Assembly: GCA_965655675.1 (NCBI GenBank)
Contig: CBFHHI010000002.1
Coordinates: 3,763-67,762 of the forward strand
Length of the DNA stretch: 64,000 nt
Origin: Methylophilaceae bacterium
GTDB lineage: Bacteria; Pseudomonadota; Gammaproteobacteria; Burkholderiales; Methylophilaceae
Direction of reading: 5' to 3'
Numbering within the stretch: position 1 is the first letter of the stretch; every line of letters begins with the position of its first letter. Below are positions 19,752-30,697 of this stretch, piece by piece. The translations under genes and the position numbers were made by a program. The notes under the pieces are model-generated. The model did not search any database and had not been told where the DNA came from. It was given only the letters and a program-made list of their open reading frames with translations.

Positions 19752-22265
19752 ATGAGTCCAAAAAAATGGTGGCATTATCTTATTCTTTTTGCATTAGTGA
19801 GCGGCATGGCTGTGACAGCGCTGATAGCGTTATCCATTACACTTATCTACCCAACCTTACCTTCACTAGACAAAGTCACAGACTATAAGCCCATACAACC
19901 GCTAAGAATTTATTCAGCAGATGATTATTTAATTGGTGAATTTGGCGAGGAAAGACGGGCCTTTACAACGATTGAGAACATCCCAAAGCAAATGCAAACT
20001 GCAGTGTTGGCGATTGAAGATAGACGTTTTTATCGCCATGGTGGCGTTGATCTAAAGGGCATCTTGCGGGCAATCAAAAACAATATCTCTGGAGTAAGCC
20101 ATGAGGGCGCAAGTACCATTACGATGCAGGTGGCTAAAAACTTTTTTACTGGCCCTAATAAAAAACGCAATCTCATCACTAAAATCAAAGAGGCACTGCT
20201 AGCAATCAAAATAGAGAAAACTTTAGAAAAAGATCAAATTCTTGAGCTCTATTTAAACCAAATTTATTTAGGTCAACGATCATATGGCTTTTCCGCCGCT
20301 GCACAGGTCTATTTTGCCAAGCCACTTGAAGAGCTCACGCTAGCCGAGTGTGCGCTATTAGCCGGCTTACCAAAAGCGCCCTCTAGTTATAATCCATTTC
20401 ATCGTCCCAAAAAAGCGATTGCAAGACAACAAGAAGTATTACGTGATATGCGGCGTTATGGTTTGATTGACCAAGCCGAATTTGATGAAGCAATGGCGCA
20501 AGAACTGGTGTTTAAGAGAGCAGCAAAAAGTGCGCTCGCCTTGAATGCTGACTATGTAGCTGAGCTAGTTCGCCAACAGCTCTACAAACGTTATGGGGAT
20601 GAAATATACAATAGTGGTTTAAAGGTATACACCACCATATTAAAGGCCAATCAATCTGCGGCCAATCAAGCTGTTGTTGATGGCATCTTAGATTATCAAG
20701 AAAGACAAGGCTATAAAAAAACTGAAAAATGGATTGATTTGTCTCAACTCGACCAAAATAATCTTGCAGAAGAGATGAAAAAAAGCATGTCCAATATCAT
20801 GGTCTACAACGGCTTTATACCAGCAATTGTGACCAAAACATCGCCCCGTATGGTTGATGTTTTTACTAAGGATGGTGATACAGTCAGCATCACAGAACAA
20901 GGTTTGCGTTTATTAAAAAACAACCTAGCGCTTAAAGACGAAAAGCAACACAAAATCAAAGCTGGTTCAGTTGTGCGTATTATTAAAACAAAAGAAGGTT
21001 GGCAAATTGTGCAACTACCAGAAGTCGAATCTGCTTTGGTTGCATTAAATCCTAAAAATGGTGCTATTACTGCGTTGGTAGGAGGTTTCAACTTTTATAA
21101 AAATAAATATAACCATGTCACACAAGCGTATCGTCAGTCAGGCTCCAGTTTCAAGCCATTTGTTTATTCCGCAGCTTTAGAAAAAGGGTTTACACCCGCA
21201 AGTATTATTGAAGATGACCCTATTTCAATGACTGGCAGAGAAGTGGGCTCTGGGAAAAAATGGGAACCAAAAAATTATGATGGCGAATATGACGGTCCAA
21301 TGCGCATGCGCACAGCCTTAATAAAATCCAAAAATACGGTTTCTATTCGTATATTAGAAAGTATAGGCGCAAAATACGCGCAAGATTATGTACAAAGGTT
21401 TGGTTTTTTACCAAAACATAATCCAGCTTATCTCACCATGGCATTAGGCGCTGGTGAGGTAACCCCGCTGGAACTAGCGAATGCTTATGCTATTTTTGCG
21501 AATGGTGGTTACCGTATTGAGCCACATTTAATTACCAAAATAGTGGATAGCGAAGGCAATGTAGTAGAGGAAATGACTTTTCCTATTGCAGAAAAAACGG
21601 CACCACTCGTCATTGATGAGCGTAATGCATTCATCATGACCTCCATGCTGCGCGATGTAGTGCAAGCAGGTACTGCAACAAGAGCTAAAACACTTGGCAG
21701 GCAAGACTTAGCTGGCAAAACAGGAACTACGAATAATACAATCGATGCTTGGTTTGCTGGCTATACAACACATGAAGTCGCTGTGTCTTGGATGGGGTAT
21801 GACCAACCTCGCTCACTAGGCAGAGTTGAAACTGGCGGACGGGCGGCGTTACCTATTTGGATTCAATATATGCGAACAGCGCTGAAAGATAAACCAGATT
21901 TACCTTATCATGAACCAGCTGGGTTAATGTCTTTACGTATTGATCCAATCACGGGCACACTAGTTGAATCTGGTGATTATGGGATGTATGAGTTTTTTTA
22001 TAATGAAAATCCGCCGCCGTTCCTAGAACTGAATCTACCGCCACTCACTGATGTATTTGATTCTGGTTTCAATCCATTACAACCGAATGCGACGTCATTA
22101 CCCAACGTGCCCAATGAGAGCAAGTCAGATTCTGGGATAGGCAATCAAAATAATAATAGTTCTGCTGATGGGTCAGGTTCTGAGGATTCCAAAACCAAAA
22201 CATTACGCAAAAATCCAACCAGTACCGATAATGCCAGAAGTGTGTTAAATCCTTCTGGATTTTAA
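19752..22265 (+). CDS. mrcA: Penicillin-binding protein 1A (bifunctional transglycosylase/transpeptidase)
   Basis: GT51 motifs (EDRRFYRHGG, GASTITMQ), transpeptidase SxxK (SGSSFKP), SKN and KTGTT. The C-terminal tail is low-complexity and rich in Ser/Asn. Confidence 0.95.
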   Translation: MSPKKWWHYLILFALVSGMAVTALIALSITLIYPTLPSLDKVTDYKPIQPLRIYSADDYLIGEFGEERRAFTTIENIPKQMQTAVLAIEDRRFYRHGGVDLKGILRAIKNNISGVSHEGASTITMQVAKNFFTGPNKKRNLITKIKEALLAIKIEKTLEKDQILELYLNQIYLGQRSYGFSAAAQVYFAKPLEELTLAECALLAGLPKAPSSYNPFHRPKKAIARQQEVLRDMRRYGLIDQAEFDEAMAQELVFKRAAKSALALNADYVAELVRQQLYKRYGDEIYNSGLKVYTTILKANQSAANQAVVDGILDYQERQGYKKTEKWIDLSQLDQNNLAEEMKKSMSNIMVYNGFIPAIVTKTSPRMVDVFTKDGDTVSITEQGLRLLKNNLALKDEKQHKIKAGSVVRIIKTKEGWQIVQLPEVESALVALNPKNGAITALVGGFNFYKNKYNHVTQAYRQSGSSFKPFVYSAALEKGFTPASIIEDDPISMTGREVGSGKKWEPKNYDGEYDGPMRMRTALIKSKNTVSIRILESIGAKYAQDYVQRFGFLPKHNPAYLTMALGAGEVTPLELANAYAIFANGGYRIEPHLITKIVDSEGNVVEEMTFPIAEKTAPLVIDERNAFIMTSMLRDVVQAGTATRAKTLGRQDLAGKTGTTNNTIDAWFAGYTTHEVAVSWMGYDQPRSLGRVETGGRAALPIWIQYMRTALKDKPDLPYHEPAGLMSLRIDPITGTLVESGDYGMYEFFYNENPPPFLELNLPPLTDVFDSGFNPLQPNATSLPNVPNESKSDSGIGNQNNNSSADGSGSEDSKTKTLRKNPTSTDNARSVLNPSGF

Positions 22266-22282
22266 TACACGTTACATTTGAT

Positions 22283-22912
22283 ATGGCACGCGAACGCTTA
22301 GATCAGCTAAGGCAAACGATTGCACAACAAGCTGCCCGCATGATGGTAGAGGATGGCATTAGCGATTTTGCTTATGCAAAAAAGAAAGCAGGGCGTCAGT
22401 TAGGCGTTTTAGAAAAAAGTGTTTTACCCAGCAATGCTGAAATTGAAGCGGAAGTAAGAACCTACCATGAGCTTTACAACGCCGATGAGCAGCCACATGA
22501 ACTCAAAATGCTCCGCAAAGCTGCGTTAGCAACCATGCAACTTTTCGAACGATTTAATCCATTTCTCACTGGCAGCGTGCTAGACGGCACGGCTGGCAAA
22601 AATGCGCAAACCAATATTCATTTGTTTGCCGATAGTGCAAAAGATGTCGAGATTTTTTTACTCGGCCAACAAATCCCTTTTGAAAGCGATGAAAAAACCT
22701 ATCGCGTATCCGATCGACCGAGTAAAAATAAAAAAGAAAAGGCACATAAAACTGTGCCTGTGTTTACCTTAGAAACCGAATATGGACTACAACGGCTTAG
22801 CGTGTTTGAGTTTGATGATATGCGCATTGCAACTAAACGCCCGAGTGATGGGAGTAATGCGGATAGGATTGATATTGCAGGGTTACAAGGGTTAATCTCG
22901 CAAGCAGCTTAA
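22283..22912 (+). CDS. Conserved hypothetical protein (possible degenerate minimal nucleotidyltransferase fold)
   Basis: 209 aa, starting 18 nt after the ponA stop. The segment TGSVLDGTAGKNAQTNIHLF resembles the GS-x(n)-DxD NTase motif, but the acidic residues are replaced. Confidence 0.5.
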   Translation: MARERLDQLRQTIAQQAARMMVEDGISDFAYAKKKAGRQLGVLEKSVLPSNAEIEAEVRTYHELYNADEQPHELKMLRKAALATMQLFERFNPFLTGSVLDGTAGKNAQTNIHLFADSAKDVEIFLLGQQIPFESDEKTYRVSDRPSKNKKEKAHKTVPVFTLETEYGLQRLSVFEFDDMRIATKRPSDGSNADRIDIAGLQGLISQAA

Positions 22913-22980
22913 CAGCGCTCAATCATTGAACTCTGATTGAATCAATGATCGGCATTCTGATATGCACATGTCTAGCTTTG

Positions 22981-23997
<1,017 letters not shown>

Positions 23998-24079
23998 TCA
24001 TTATCTTATAGAGTTAATAGAGCGAACTCTATTTTCGCCGCACATTATTTGCGCGACTACAGTGTTAATTTCAATACAT

Positions 24080-24868
24080 TTAAGCAAAGACTTTTTTGAA
24101 TGCTGCTCCAGGATCTGGCTGCCGCATAAATGCTTCGCCTACTAAAAATCCATTCACATTATTGTTGCGCATGAGTGCAACATCTTCTGCTGTAAAGATG
24201 CCTGACTCTGTAATCACAAAGCGATCATCTGGTAATTGTTGCAATAAATCCAAGGTGGTTTGTAGCGTCACATCAAAGGTACGTAAGTTGCGATTATTAA
24301 TACCAACCAACGGGGTTTCTAATTGCAAGGCCAGTTCAAGCTCTTTACCATCATGCACTTCAACCAATACAGCCATGCCTAATTCATGCGATACTTCTTC
24401 TAATAATTGCATTTGTTTGAGCTCTAATGCCGCCACAATCAGCAAAATACAATCGGCACCCATCGCGCGCGCTTCAACCACTTGATAAGGATCAATCATA
24501 AAATCTTTGCGCAATACAGGTAGACTGCACGCCGCACGTGCTTGTTTTAGATACGCAGCAGAACCTTGAAAATATTGCTCATCTGTCAGTACGGACAAAC
24601 AAGCCGCGCCTGCTAGCTCATAGCTTTTGGCTATTTCAGCGGGATTAAAGTGCTCACGAATGACGCCTTTAGATGGGCTGGCTTTTTTAATTTCTGCAAT
24701 GACCGCAGGTAAATTAGCCTCATCTTTTTTTGCCAAATTACCGACAAAATCACGTGGCTCAGGTTGTGCCAAGGCTTCTTCGTGTATTTCTTTTAACGAT
24801 TTTATAGCGCTTGCCTTAGCTATTTCTTCACGTTTGGTGGCTAATATTTTATTTAATATATCTGACAT
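24080..24868 (-). CDS. trpC: Indole-3-glycerol phosphate synthase
   Basis: 262 aa. Contains [27 protein letters not shown] and GINNRNL. Confidence 0.95.
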   Translation of the reverse strand: MSDILNKILATKREEIAKASAIKSLKEIHEEALAQPEPRDFVGNLAKKDEANLPAVIAEIKKASPSKGVIREHFNPAEIAKSYELAGAACLSVLTDEQYFQGSAAYLKQARAACSLPVLRKDFMIDPYQVVEARAMGADCILLIVAALELKQMQLLEEVSHELGMAVLVEVHDGKELELALQLETPLVGINNRNLRTFDVTLQTTLDLLQQLPDDRFVITESGIFTAEDVALMRNNNVNGFLVGEAFMRQPDPGAAFKKVFA

Positions 24869-24929
24869 TGCTTGTGTCTACTCTTTATATTTTCTAATCA
24901 TGTTGAAAGATTATTGAATCATCTGATGG

Positions 24930-25394
24930 CTATTGATAGGTAATGCCATTGTGTTTAATCCAGCCAGCTTCATGGCGATTTCTGGGATCAAGATGCGTCC
25001 AATGGACAATGCCACCTTTGATGTTGTAACTATACTCTCCTCTAAATCCAACTTCATCACCAACTTTTAGCGTATCGATACGCGGCGCTAAATCAATATT
25101 ATGCGCGAATAAAAGCGTCTGTCCATTTTCAATTTCCACTAAAAATCGTTGATGACGCGAACCTTGATTATCATCTGCCAATACTCGTATAACGCGCCCT
25201 TCACCATCTACCATTTCATCTTTAGCTTGACGGGCAAACAGCTGGCTTGCCGAAGCAAATTGCGTTTGTACTTGTGCATGATCTGCTCGCTCTGCCTTTT
25301 GCGAAAACGATTCAAGCGATGCAAGAGAAGATGGCGCTATTTGAGACCATATCCCGACTAGCAATAATAGCAGTGCAATGAGACTTTTCTTCAT
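24930..25394 (-). CDS. DUF3465 family secreted protein
   Basis: Signal peptide, then the conserved core GRVIRVLADDNQGSRHQRFLVEIENGQTLLFAHNIDLAPRI...GGIVHWTHLDP. Its ATG overlaps the trpD stop codon (ATGA). Confidence 0.7.
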   Translation of the reverse strand: MKKSLIALLLLLVGIWSQIAPSSLASLESFSQKAERADHAQVQTQFASASQLFARQAKDEMVDGEGRVIRVLADDNQGSRHQRFLVEIENGQTLLFAHNIDLAPRIDTLKVGDEVGFRGEYSYNIKGGIVHWTHLDPRNRHEAGWIKHNGITYQ

Positions 25395-26398
25395 CTCGCC
25401 TGTAGTGCTAATAATGTTGCTAGCGCTTTACCCTCATCGATCATTTGTGCCGCCGTTTGCACCCCAGCTGCTAAGCTAGTGACCAAGCCAGCCACATAAA
25501 TCGCTGCCCCTGCATTCATTAATACAATGTCGCGAGCTGCACCTTTTTTTCCATTGAGTACATCCATAATCATGGCTTTTGATTCTGCTGCGTTCTGAAT
25601 TTGAATATCTTTTAAAGCGTGAACATTTAAACCAAACTGCGTTGGATTAACCTGATACTCAGTCACTTTGCCATCTTTTAACTCGGCCACATAGGTATCG
25701 CCTGTGAATGAAATTTCATCCATTCCATCAGCACCGTGCACGACTAACACATGCTCACTGCCTAATTTTTGCAATACATGCGCCAATTTGCCCGTTAACG
25801 CTTGATCAAAAACACCCATGACCTGACGCTTAGCTGAAGCTGGATTAGTGAGTGGGCCAAGCAAATTAAAAATCGTACGAACACCCAGCGCTTTACGCAC
25901 AGGTGCAGCATATTTCATGGCACTGTGATGATTAGGCGCGAACATAAATCCAATGCCAATTTCATCGACGCTAGCGGCGACTTCATCTGCTGTTTTGTTT
26001 ACATTCACCCCTAGTGCTTCTAATACATCAGCACTACCACACGTTGATGATACCGAGCGACCACCATGTTTGGCTACTTTGGCACCAGCTGCTGCCGCTA
26101 CAAAAGCAGAAACGGTTGAGACATTAAAGGTTTGGATACCATCACCACCTGTGCCACAAGTATCAACCAAATGGGCGGTATTACTAATATGCACTTTGGT
26201 TGAAAGCTGACGCATCACCGTCGCTGCTGCCGCAATTTCATCCACTGTTTCACCTTTGAGGCGCAGTGCAATTAATAATGCCGCAATTTGCGCTTCATTT
26301 AACTCACCACCCATCACTTGCTGCATCACTGCCAGCATTTGGTCATGTGATAAATCTTTTGCCTCTAGTAATTGATTTAAGACCTCTTTAAACATCAT
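25391..26398 (-). CDS. trpD: Anthranilate phosphoribosyltransferase
   Basis: 335 aa. Contains DTCGTGGDG, NVSTVSAFV and KHGGRSVSS. Confidence 0.95.
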   Translation of the reverse strand: MMFKEVLNQLLEAKDLSHDQMLAVMQQVMGGELNEAQIAALLIALRLKGETVDEIAAAATVMRQLSTKVHISNTAHLVDTCGTGGDGIQTFNVSTVSAFVAAAAGAKVAKHGGRSVSSTCGSADVLEALGVNVNKTADEVAASVDEIGIGFMFAPNHHSAMKYAAPVRKALGVRTIFNLLGPLTNPASAKRQVMGVFDQALTGKLAHVLQKLGSEHVLVVHGADGMDEISFTGDTYVAELKDGKVTEYQVNPTQFGLNVHALKDIQIQNAAESKAMIMDVLNGKKGAARDIVLMNAGAAIYVAGLVTSLAAGVQTAAQMIDEGKALATLLALQAR

Positions 26399-26964
26399 TA
26401 ATACGCTTTAATAAAGTTATCAAGCAACTCGTGCCCATATTCTGTCAATACTGATTCTGGGTGAAACTGCACGCCTTCAATGGCTAACGTTTTATGGCGA
26501 ACACCCATAATTTCACCATCTTCTGTCCACGCTGTGATCTCTAAACAATCTGGCAAACTCTCTTTTTCAATCACCAATGAATGATAGCGAGTAGCAGTAT
26601 ATGGATTGGCTAAACCTTTAAACACGCCTACATTTTTATGATGAATCAGTGAAGTTTTTCCATGCATTAAGGTTTTGGCTTTAATGATATTGCCGCCAAA
26701 AGCTTGCCCTATACTTTGATGCCCTAAACAAACGCCTAGTAACGGAATTTTGCCAGCAAATTCATGAATCAGTGGCACAGAAATACCTGCTTCATTAGGC
26801 GTGCATGGCCCTGGTGAAATCACAATGTGTCGCGGATTTAGTTCAGCCACTTTCGCTAGGTCAATTTCATCATTGCGATACACTTGTACATCTTGACCCA
26901 GTTCGCCAAAATATTGCACGAGGTTATAAGTAAAGGAATCGTAATTATCAATCATTAATAGCAT
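26398..26964 (-). CDS. trpG: Anthranilate synthase component II (glutamine amidotransferase)
   Basis: 188 aa. Contains GVCLGHQ and the FHPES triad motifs, and overlaps both trpE and trpD by 1 nt. Confidence 0.93.
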   Translation of the reverse strand: MLLMIDNYDSFTYNLVQYFGELGQDVQVYRNDEIDLAKVAELNPRHIVISPGPCTPNEAGISVPLIHEFAGKIPLLGVCLGHQSIGQAFGGNIIKAKTLMHGKTSLIHHKNVGVFKGLANPYTATRYHSLVIEKESLPDCLEITAWTEDGEIMGVRHKTLAIEGVQFHPESVLTEYGHELLDNFIKAY

Positions 26965-28454
26965 TATTGGACTTCCTTACTATCTAAACCCGCTTGCACC
27001 AATTCGGCAGCGCGAATCACTGCTTTCGCTTTGTTTTGCGTTTCTTCCCACTCACTTTGTGGCACTGAATCGGCCACGATACCAGCGCCTGCTTGCACAT
27101 ATAATGTGTTATTTTTAATCACGCCAGTTCTAATTGCAATCGCCACATCCATATCGCCGTTAAAACCCAAATAGCCAACCGCACCTGCATAAATGCCGCG
27201 CTTGCTTGGCTCAAATTCATCAATAATTTCCATCGCACGCACCTTAGGCGCACCTGATACCGTGCCTGCTGGAAAAGTTGCTTTTAATACATCAATCGCA
27301 TCCATATTCGGCTTCAACTGACCTTCAACATTACTCACAATATGCATCACATGCGAATAACGTTCTATCATCATATTATCGGTGACTTTCACAGTCCCAG
27401 TTTGCGCAACACGACCGACATCATTGCGACCCAAATCCATCAATTGCACATGCTCTGCACATTCTTTTGGGTCTGCTAATAACTCTTCTGCCAGCGCAAT
27501 ATCTTCCTCGCGCGTTTTGCCGCGTGGGCGGGTCCCTGCAATCGGTCTTGACGTCACTACACCATCTTCCAATCGCACTAAAATCTCAGGTGAAGCACCA
27601 ACCACATGGTGATCGCCCATGTCATAATAAAACATATAAGGTGATGGATTTAAGCTACGCAATGCGCGATAGAGTGACAATGGCGAAGCGGTAAAATCTT
27701 GCGATAAACGCTGGCTCAACACGACCTGCATAATATCGCCTTCTAAAATGTAATTTTGCGCTTTTTTTACAGCAGCTTTGTAATGTTCTTCACCAAATTC
27801 AGAGCTCGCTTGCGTGGCTACGGATTGCTTAGATTCTGGAATGTTCACCGTTTGGCGTAACTGCTGCATCAATGTTTGAATACGTTGATGCGCTTGTGCA
27901 TACGCGTCTTGCGCTTCAGGATTGGCATACACGATAAAGTAAAGTTTACCGCTTAAATTATCCACCACAGCAATCTCTTCTGACACCATTAACAAAATAT
28001 CAGGCGTACCAATTGCATCTAGTTTTTGACTATTGGCTAATCGCTTTTCAATATAACGAATCGTTTCATATCCAAAATAACCCGCTAAACCACCAGTGAA
28101 TCGCGGCAAACCTTTATATGGAGGCGTTTTAAAACGCGCTTGAAAAGCTTTAATAAAATCCAGTGGATTAGTATTATCATGCGTCTCTAATACTTGCTCG
28201 CCTTGAAGCACTTGCACTTGAAAACCATTGGCGATAATGCGCGTCTTTGCTGGCAAGCCAATAATAGAGTAACGACCAAAACGCTCTCCACCTTGTACAC
28301 TTTCTAATAAATACGAAAAAGGTTGATTAGCGAGCTTGAGGTATAAAGATAATGGGGTATCCAAATCGGCAAATGTTTCTTGCACTAATGGAATGCGGTT
28401 ATAACCTTGTTGCGCTAAGGCGTCAAATTCGGTTTTTGTAATCGTTTGAAGCAT
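26964..28454 (-). CDS. trpE: Anthranilate synthase component I
   Basis: 496 aa. Contains LLESV (Trp feedback region), the chorismate-binding core [11 protein letters not shown], and [10 protein letters not shown]. Confidence 0.95.
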   Translation of the reverse strand: MLQTITKTEFDALAQQGYNRIPLVQETFADLDTPLSLYLKLANQPFSYLLESVQGGERFGRYSIIGLPAKTRIIANGFQVQVLQGEQVLETHDNTNPLDFIKAFQARFKTPPYKGLPRFTGGLAGYFGYETIRYIEKRLANSQKLDAIGTPDILLMVSEEIAVVDNLSGKLYFIVYANPEAQDAYAQAHQRIQTLMQQLRQTVNIPESKQSVATQASSEFGEEHYKAAVKKAQNYILEGDIMQVVLSQRLSQDFTASPLSLYRALRSLNPSPYMFYYDMGDHHVVGASPEILVRLEDGVVTSRPIAGTRPRGKTREEDIALAEELLADPKECAEHVQLMDLGRNDVGRVAQTGTVKVTDNMMIERYSHVMHIVSNVEGQLKPNMDAIDVLKATFPAGTVSGAPKVRAMEIIDEFEPSKRGIYAGAVGYLGFNGDMDVAIAIRTGVIKNNTLYVQAGAGIVADSVPQSEWEETQNKAKAVIRAAELVQAGLDSKEVQ

Positions 28455-28565
28455 GATTTTCCTTAAAAAGTGTATACAGTTGGCGCAAGCAGAAACCCAC
28501 GCTAGTAGCTAATTTCAGCTCCACCATCGCCAACTTAAACTTGCCTGTTTTTTAAGGAAATCCAT
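28455..28565 (-). promoter_or_regulatory. trpE leader region with nested inverted repeats
   Basis: A 12-nt perfect inverted repeat pairs 28549-28560 with 28458-28469, and the latter arm contains the trpE SD AAGGA. An inner 7-nt inverted repeat pairs 28528-28534 with 28479-28485. Confidence 0.55.
28515..28565 (-). CDS. trpL: Candidate trp operon leader peptide MDFLKKQASLSWRWWS
   Basis: 16 sense codons plus TGA, too short to appear in the ORF track. Three UGG codons fall among the last five sense codons. It lies 60 nt upstream of the trpE ATG and 9 nt after the rpe stop. Confidence 0.6.
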   Translation of the reverse strand: MDFLKKQASLSWRWWS

Positions 28566-28573
28566 ATCTAGCT

Positions 28574-29281
28574 CTATTTAACGGTTGCTAGTGCGTCGCG
28601 CATTGATTTAACAACTGAGTTATAGCGGTTAGGATCTGTGTCTTTTGGCTTACCAAAAATGGCACTACCAGCCACAAAAGTATCCACACCTGCTGCTGCA
28701 ATCTCAGCAATATTATCTGGGTTTACACCGCCATCAATCTCTAACCAAATTTGACGGCCCGTTTTTGCAGTGTAAGCATCAATCATTGCACGCGCTTGCC
28801 TAGCTTTTACTAATGTTTGTGGAATGAACTTCTGTCCACCAAAACCAGGGTTAACGGACATCAATAAAATCATGTCCACTTTATCCATTACATGCTCTAA
28901 ATAGTGTAATGGCGTTGCTGGATTAAATACCAAGCCAGATTTACAGCCTAAATCACGTACCATAGAAAGACTGCGATCAATGTGGCTAGAGGCTTCAGGA
29001 TGAAAAGTAATGATATCAGCACCTGCTTTTGCAAAATCAGGAATAATACGATCAACAGGTTCAACCATTAAATGCACATCAATTAACGCACCTACATTAT
29101 GTGATAAATCACGAATCGCTTCACAAACCAAAGGGCCAATGGTTAAGTTTGGCACGTAGTGATTATCCATCACGTCAAAGTGCACAATATCCGTTCCAGA
29201 TTGAATAACGTCTTCAATTTCTTGGCCTAATTTAGCAAAATTAGCTGAAAGGATACTTGGGGCAATTCTATATTCACTCAT
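28574..29281 (-). CDS. rpe: Ribulose-phosphate 3-epimerase
   Basis: 235 aa. Contains [24 protein letters not shown] and [10 protein letters not shown]. Confidence 0.95.
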   Translation of the reverse strand: MSEYRIAPSILSANFAKLGQEIEDVIQSGTDIVHFDVMDNHYVPNLTIGPLVCEAIRDLSHNVGALIDVHLMVEPVDRIIPDFAKAGADIITFHPEASSHIDRSLSMVRDLGCKSGLVFNPATPLHYLEHVMDKVDMILLMSVNPGFGGQKFIPQTLVKARQARAMIDAYTAKTGRQIWLEIDGGVNPDNIAEIAAAGVDTFVAGSAIFGKPKDTDPNRYNSVVKSMRDALATVK

Positions 29282-29431
29282 AATCGTTTCCGTTATCTAT
29301 TGATGATTTGGTAAAATTTAAAAATGTTATTTTAACGCGATTTCCGCATTTGGATAAGCGCTTTACTGAATGTTTTGGTGAACTAAACCACTTTTCATGC
29401 GTTAGTTTATTTTCCTACAACATCAATGACT

Positions 29432-29440
29432 TGGTAAAAT
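29432..29440 (+). promoter_or_regulatory. Candidate extended -10 element TGGTAAAAT directly upstream of hemA
   Basis: TGnTAAAAT ends 7 nt before the hemA ATG (29447). No SD is visible in between. Confidence 0.3.
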
Positions 29441-29446
29441 AGCGAA

Positions 29447-30691
29447 ATGCAGTTGTATACAATAGGTGTTAACCACACCACCGCCCCTATCGAAATTCGC
29501 GAAAATGTCGCGTTTAGCATCGACAATATGCGCGAAGCACTATTTGACCTAACCGTTAAAAATGCGGCGGAGGCGGCTATCCTATCCACATGCAATCGTA
29601 CAGAAATTTACGTGCAGTCTGCTGACGCATTACCAGTGGTGCATTGGCTAGCTAATTACCACAAGCTAGATATCAATCATATCCAACCTTACACTTATAC
29701 ACTTGCCAATCAAGAAGCAGTGAAACATGCCTTTAGAGTGGCTTCTGGCTTAGATAGCATGGTGCTCGGTGAGGCGCAAATATTGGGCCAATTTAAACAA
29801 TCGGTAAAACTCGCACAAGAAGCGGGTACCTTAGGCACGCATTTGCATAAATTATTTCAGCGTACATTTGAAGTAGCAAAAGAGGTGCGTACTAATACCG
29901 ATATTGGCGGCAGCTCAATCTCCATGGCTGCGGCAGCGGTTAAATTGGCACAGCGCATTTTTGGCAATTTATCAGAACAAAATGTCTTGTTTATCGGCGC
30001 AGGTGAAATGATTACGCTTTGCGCCAATCACTTTGCAGCACAAAAACCAAAAAGCATCACAGTGGCCAATCGTACTAAAGAGCGTGGCACAGAATTGGCT
30101 GAAAAAATCCATGCAGAAGCAATTTTACTCAATGATTTACCTGAGCGCTTTGCAGAGTTTGATATTGTGATTACTAGCACAGCCAGTCAACTGCCCATTG
30201 TTGGCCTAGGCATGGTCGAACGAGCAGTTAAAGCACGCAAACATCGCCCGATATTCATGGTCGATTTAGCCGTGCCACGTGATATTGAAAGTGAAGTCAC
30301 TCAACTGGATGATGTTTTTTTATACACGGTTGATGATCTTGCGCAAGTCGTTACTGATGGTATTGGTAACCGCCAAGAAGCTGCAATGTCAGCAGAAACG
30401 ATTGTAAACGCCCAAGTTGAAACGTTTATGCAATGGTTGCAGAAACGTGGTTCAGTGCCCACCATTAAAGCCTTGCGAGACCAAGCAGAAATGATGCGGG
30501 CGGCTGAATTAGACAAAGCATTAAAATTGATTCAAAAAGGTGAAAGTGCCGAGAAAGTATTAGAGATGATGAGCTTAGCCATCACTAAAAAATTCCTACA
30601 CGCACCTAGTCATGCGCTCAACCAAAGTCACGGTGACGAACATGAGCGATTAGCGCAATTGCTCCGCCACATTTATCAAATTAAGAATTAA
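29447..30691 (+). CDS. hemA: Glutamyl-tRNA reductase
   Basis: N-terminus [19 protein letters not shown], active-site region STCNRTEIY, and Rossmann motif GAGEM. Confidence 0.95.
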   Translation: MQLYTIGVNHTTAPIEIRENVAFSIDNMREALFDLTVKNAAEAAILSTCNRTEIYVQSADALPVVHWLANYHKLDINHIQPYTYTLANQEAVKHAFRVASGLDSMVLGEAQILGQFKQSVKLAQEAGTLGTHLHKLFQRTFEVAKEVRTNTDIGGSSISMAAAAVKLAQRIFGNLSEQNVLFIGAGEMITLCANHFAAQKPKSITVANRTKERGTELAEKIHAEAILLNDLPERFAEFDIVITSTASQLPIVGLGMVERAVKARKHRPIFMVDLAVPRDIESEVTQLDDVFLYTVDDLAQVVTDGIGNRQEAAMSAETIVNAQVETFMQWLQKRGSVPTIKALRDQAEMMRAAELDKALKLIQKGESAEKVLEMMSLAITKKFLHAPSHALNQSHGDEHERLAQLLRHIYQIKN

Positions 30692-30697
30692 CTCAAC

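Noticed and set aside
22919-22950. Cluster of TCAAT/ATTGA palindromes (ATCATTGA-N12-TCAATGAT) between the convergent hypothetical gene and hemB.
   Set aside because: The stem is weak and AT-only with no U-run. It may act as a poor bidirectional terminator, but the evidence is insufficient.
28455-28514. I searched for a classical intrinsic terminator (GC-rich hairpin plus U-run) between the trp leader ORF stop and trpE.
   Set aside because: Only a wobble-rich hairpin (GCGUGGGU/GCUUGCGC) without a U-tract is present. The only U-run (CUUUUU) belongs to the SD-complementary repeat. I therefore do not claim transcription-termination attenuation.
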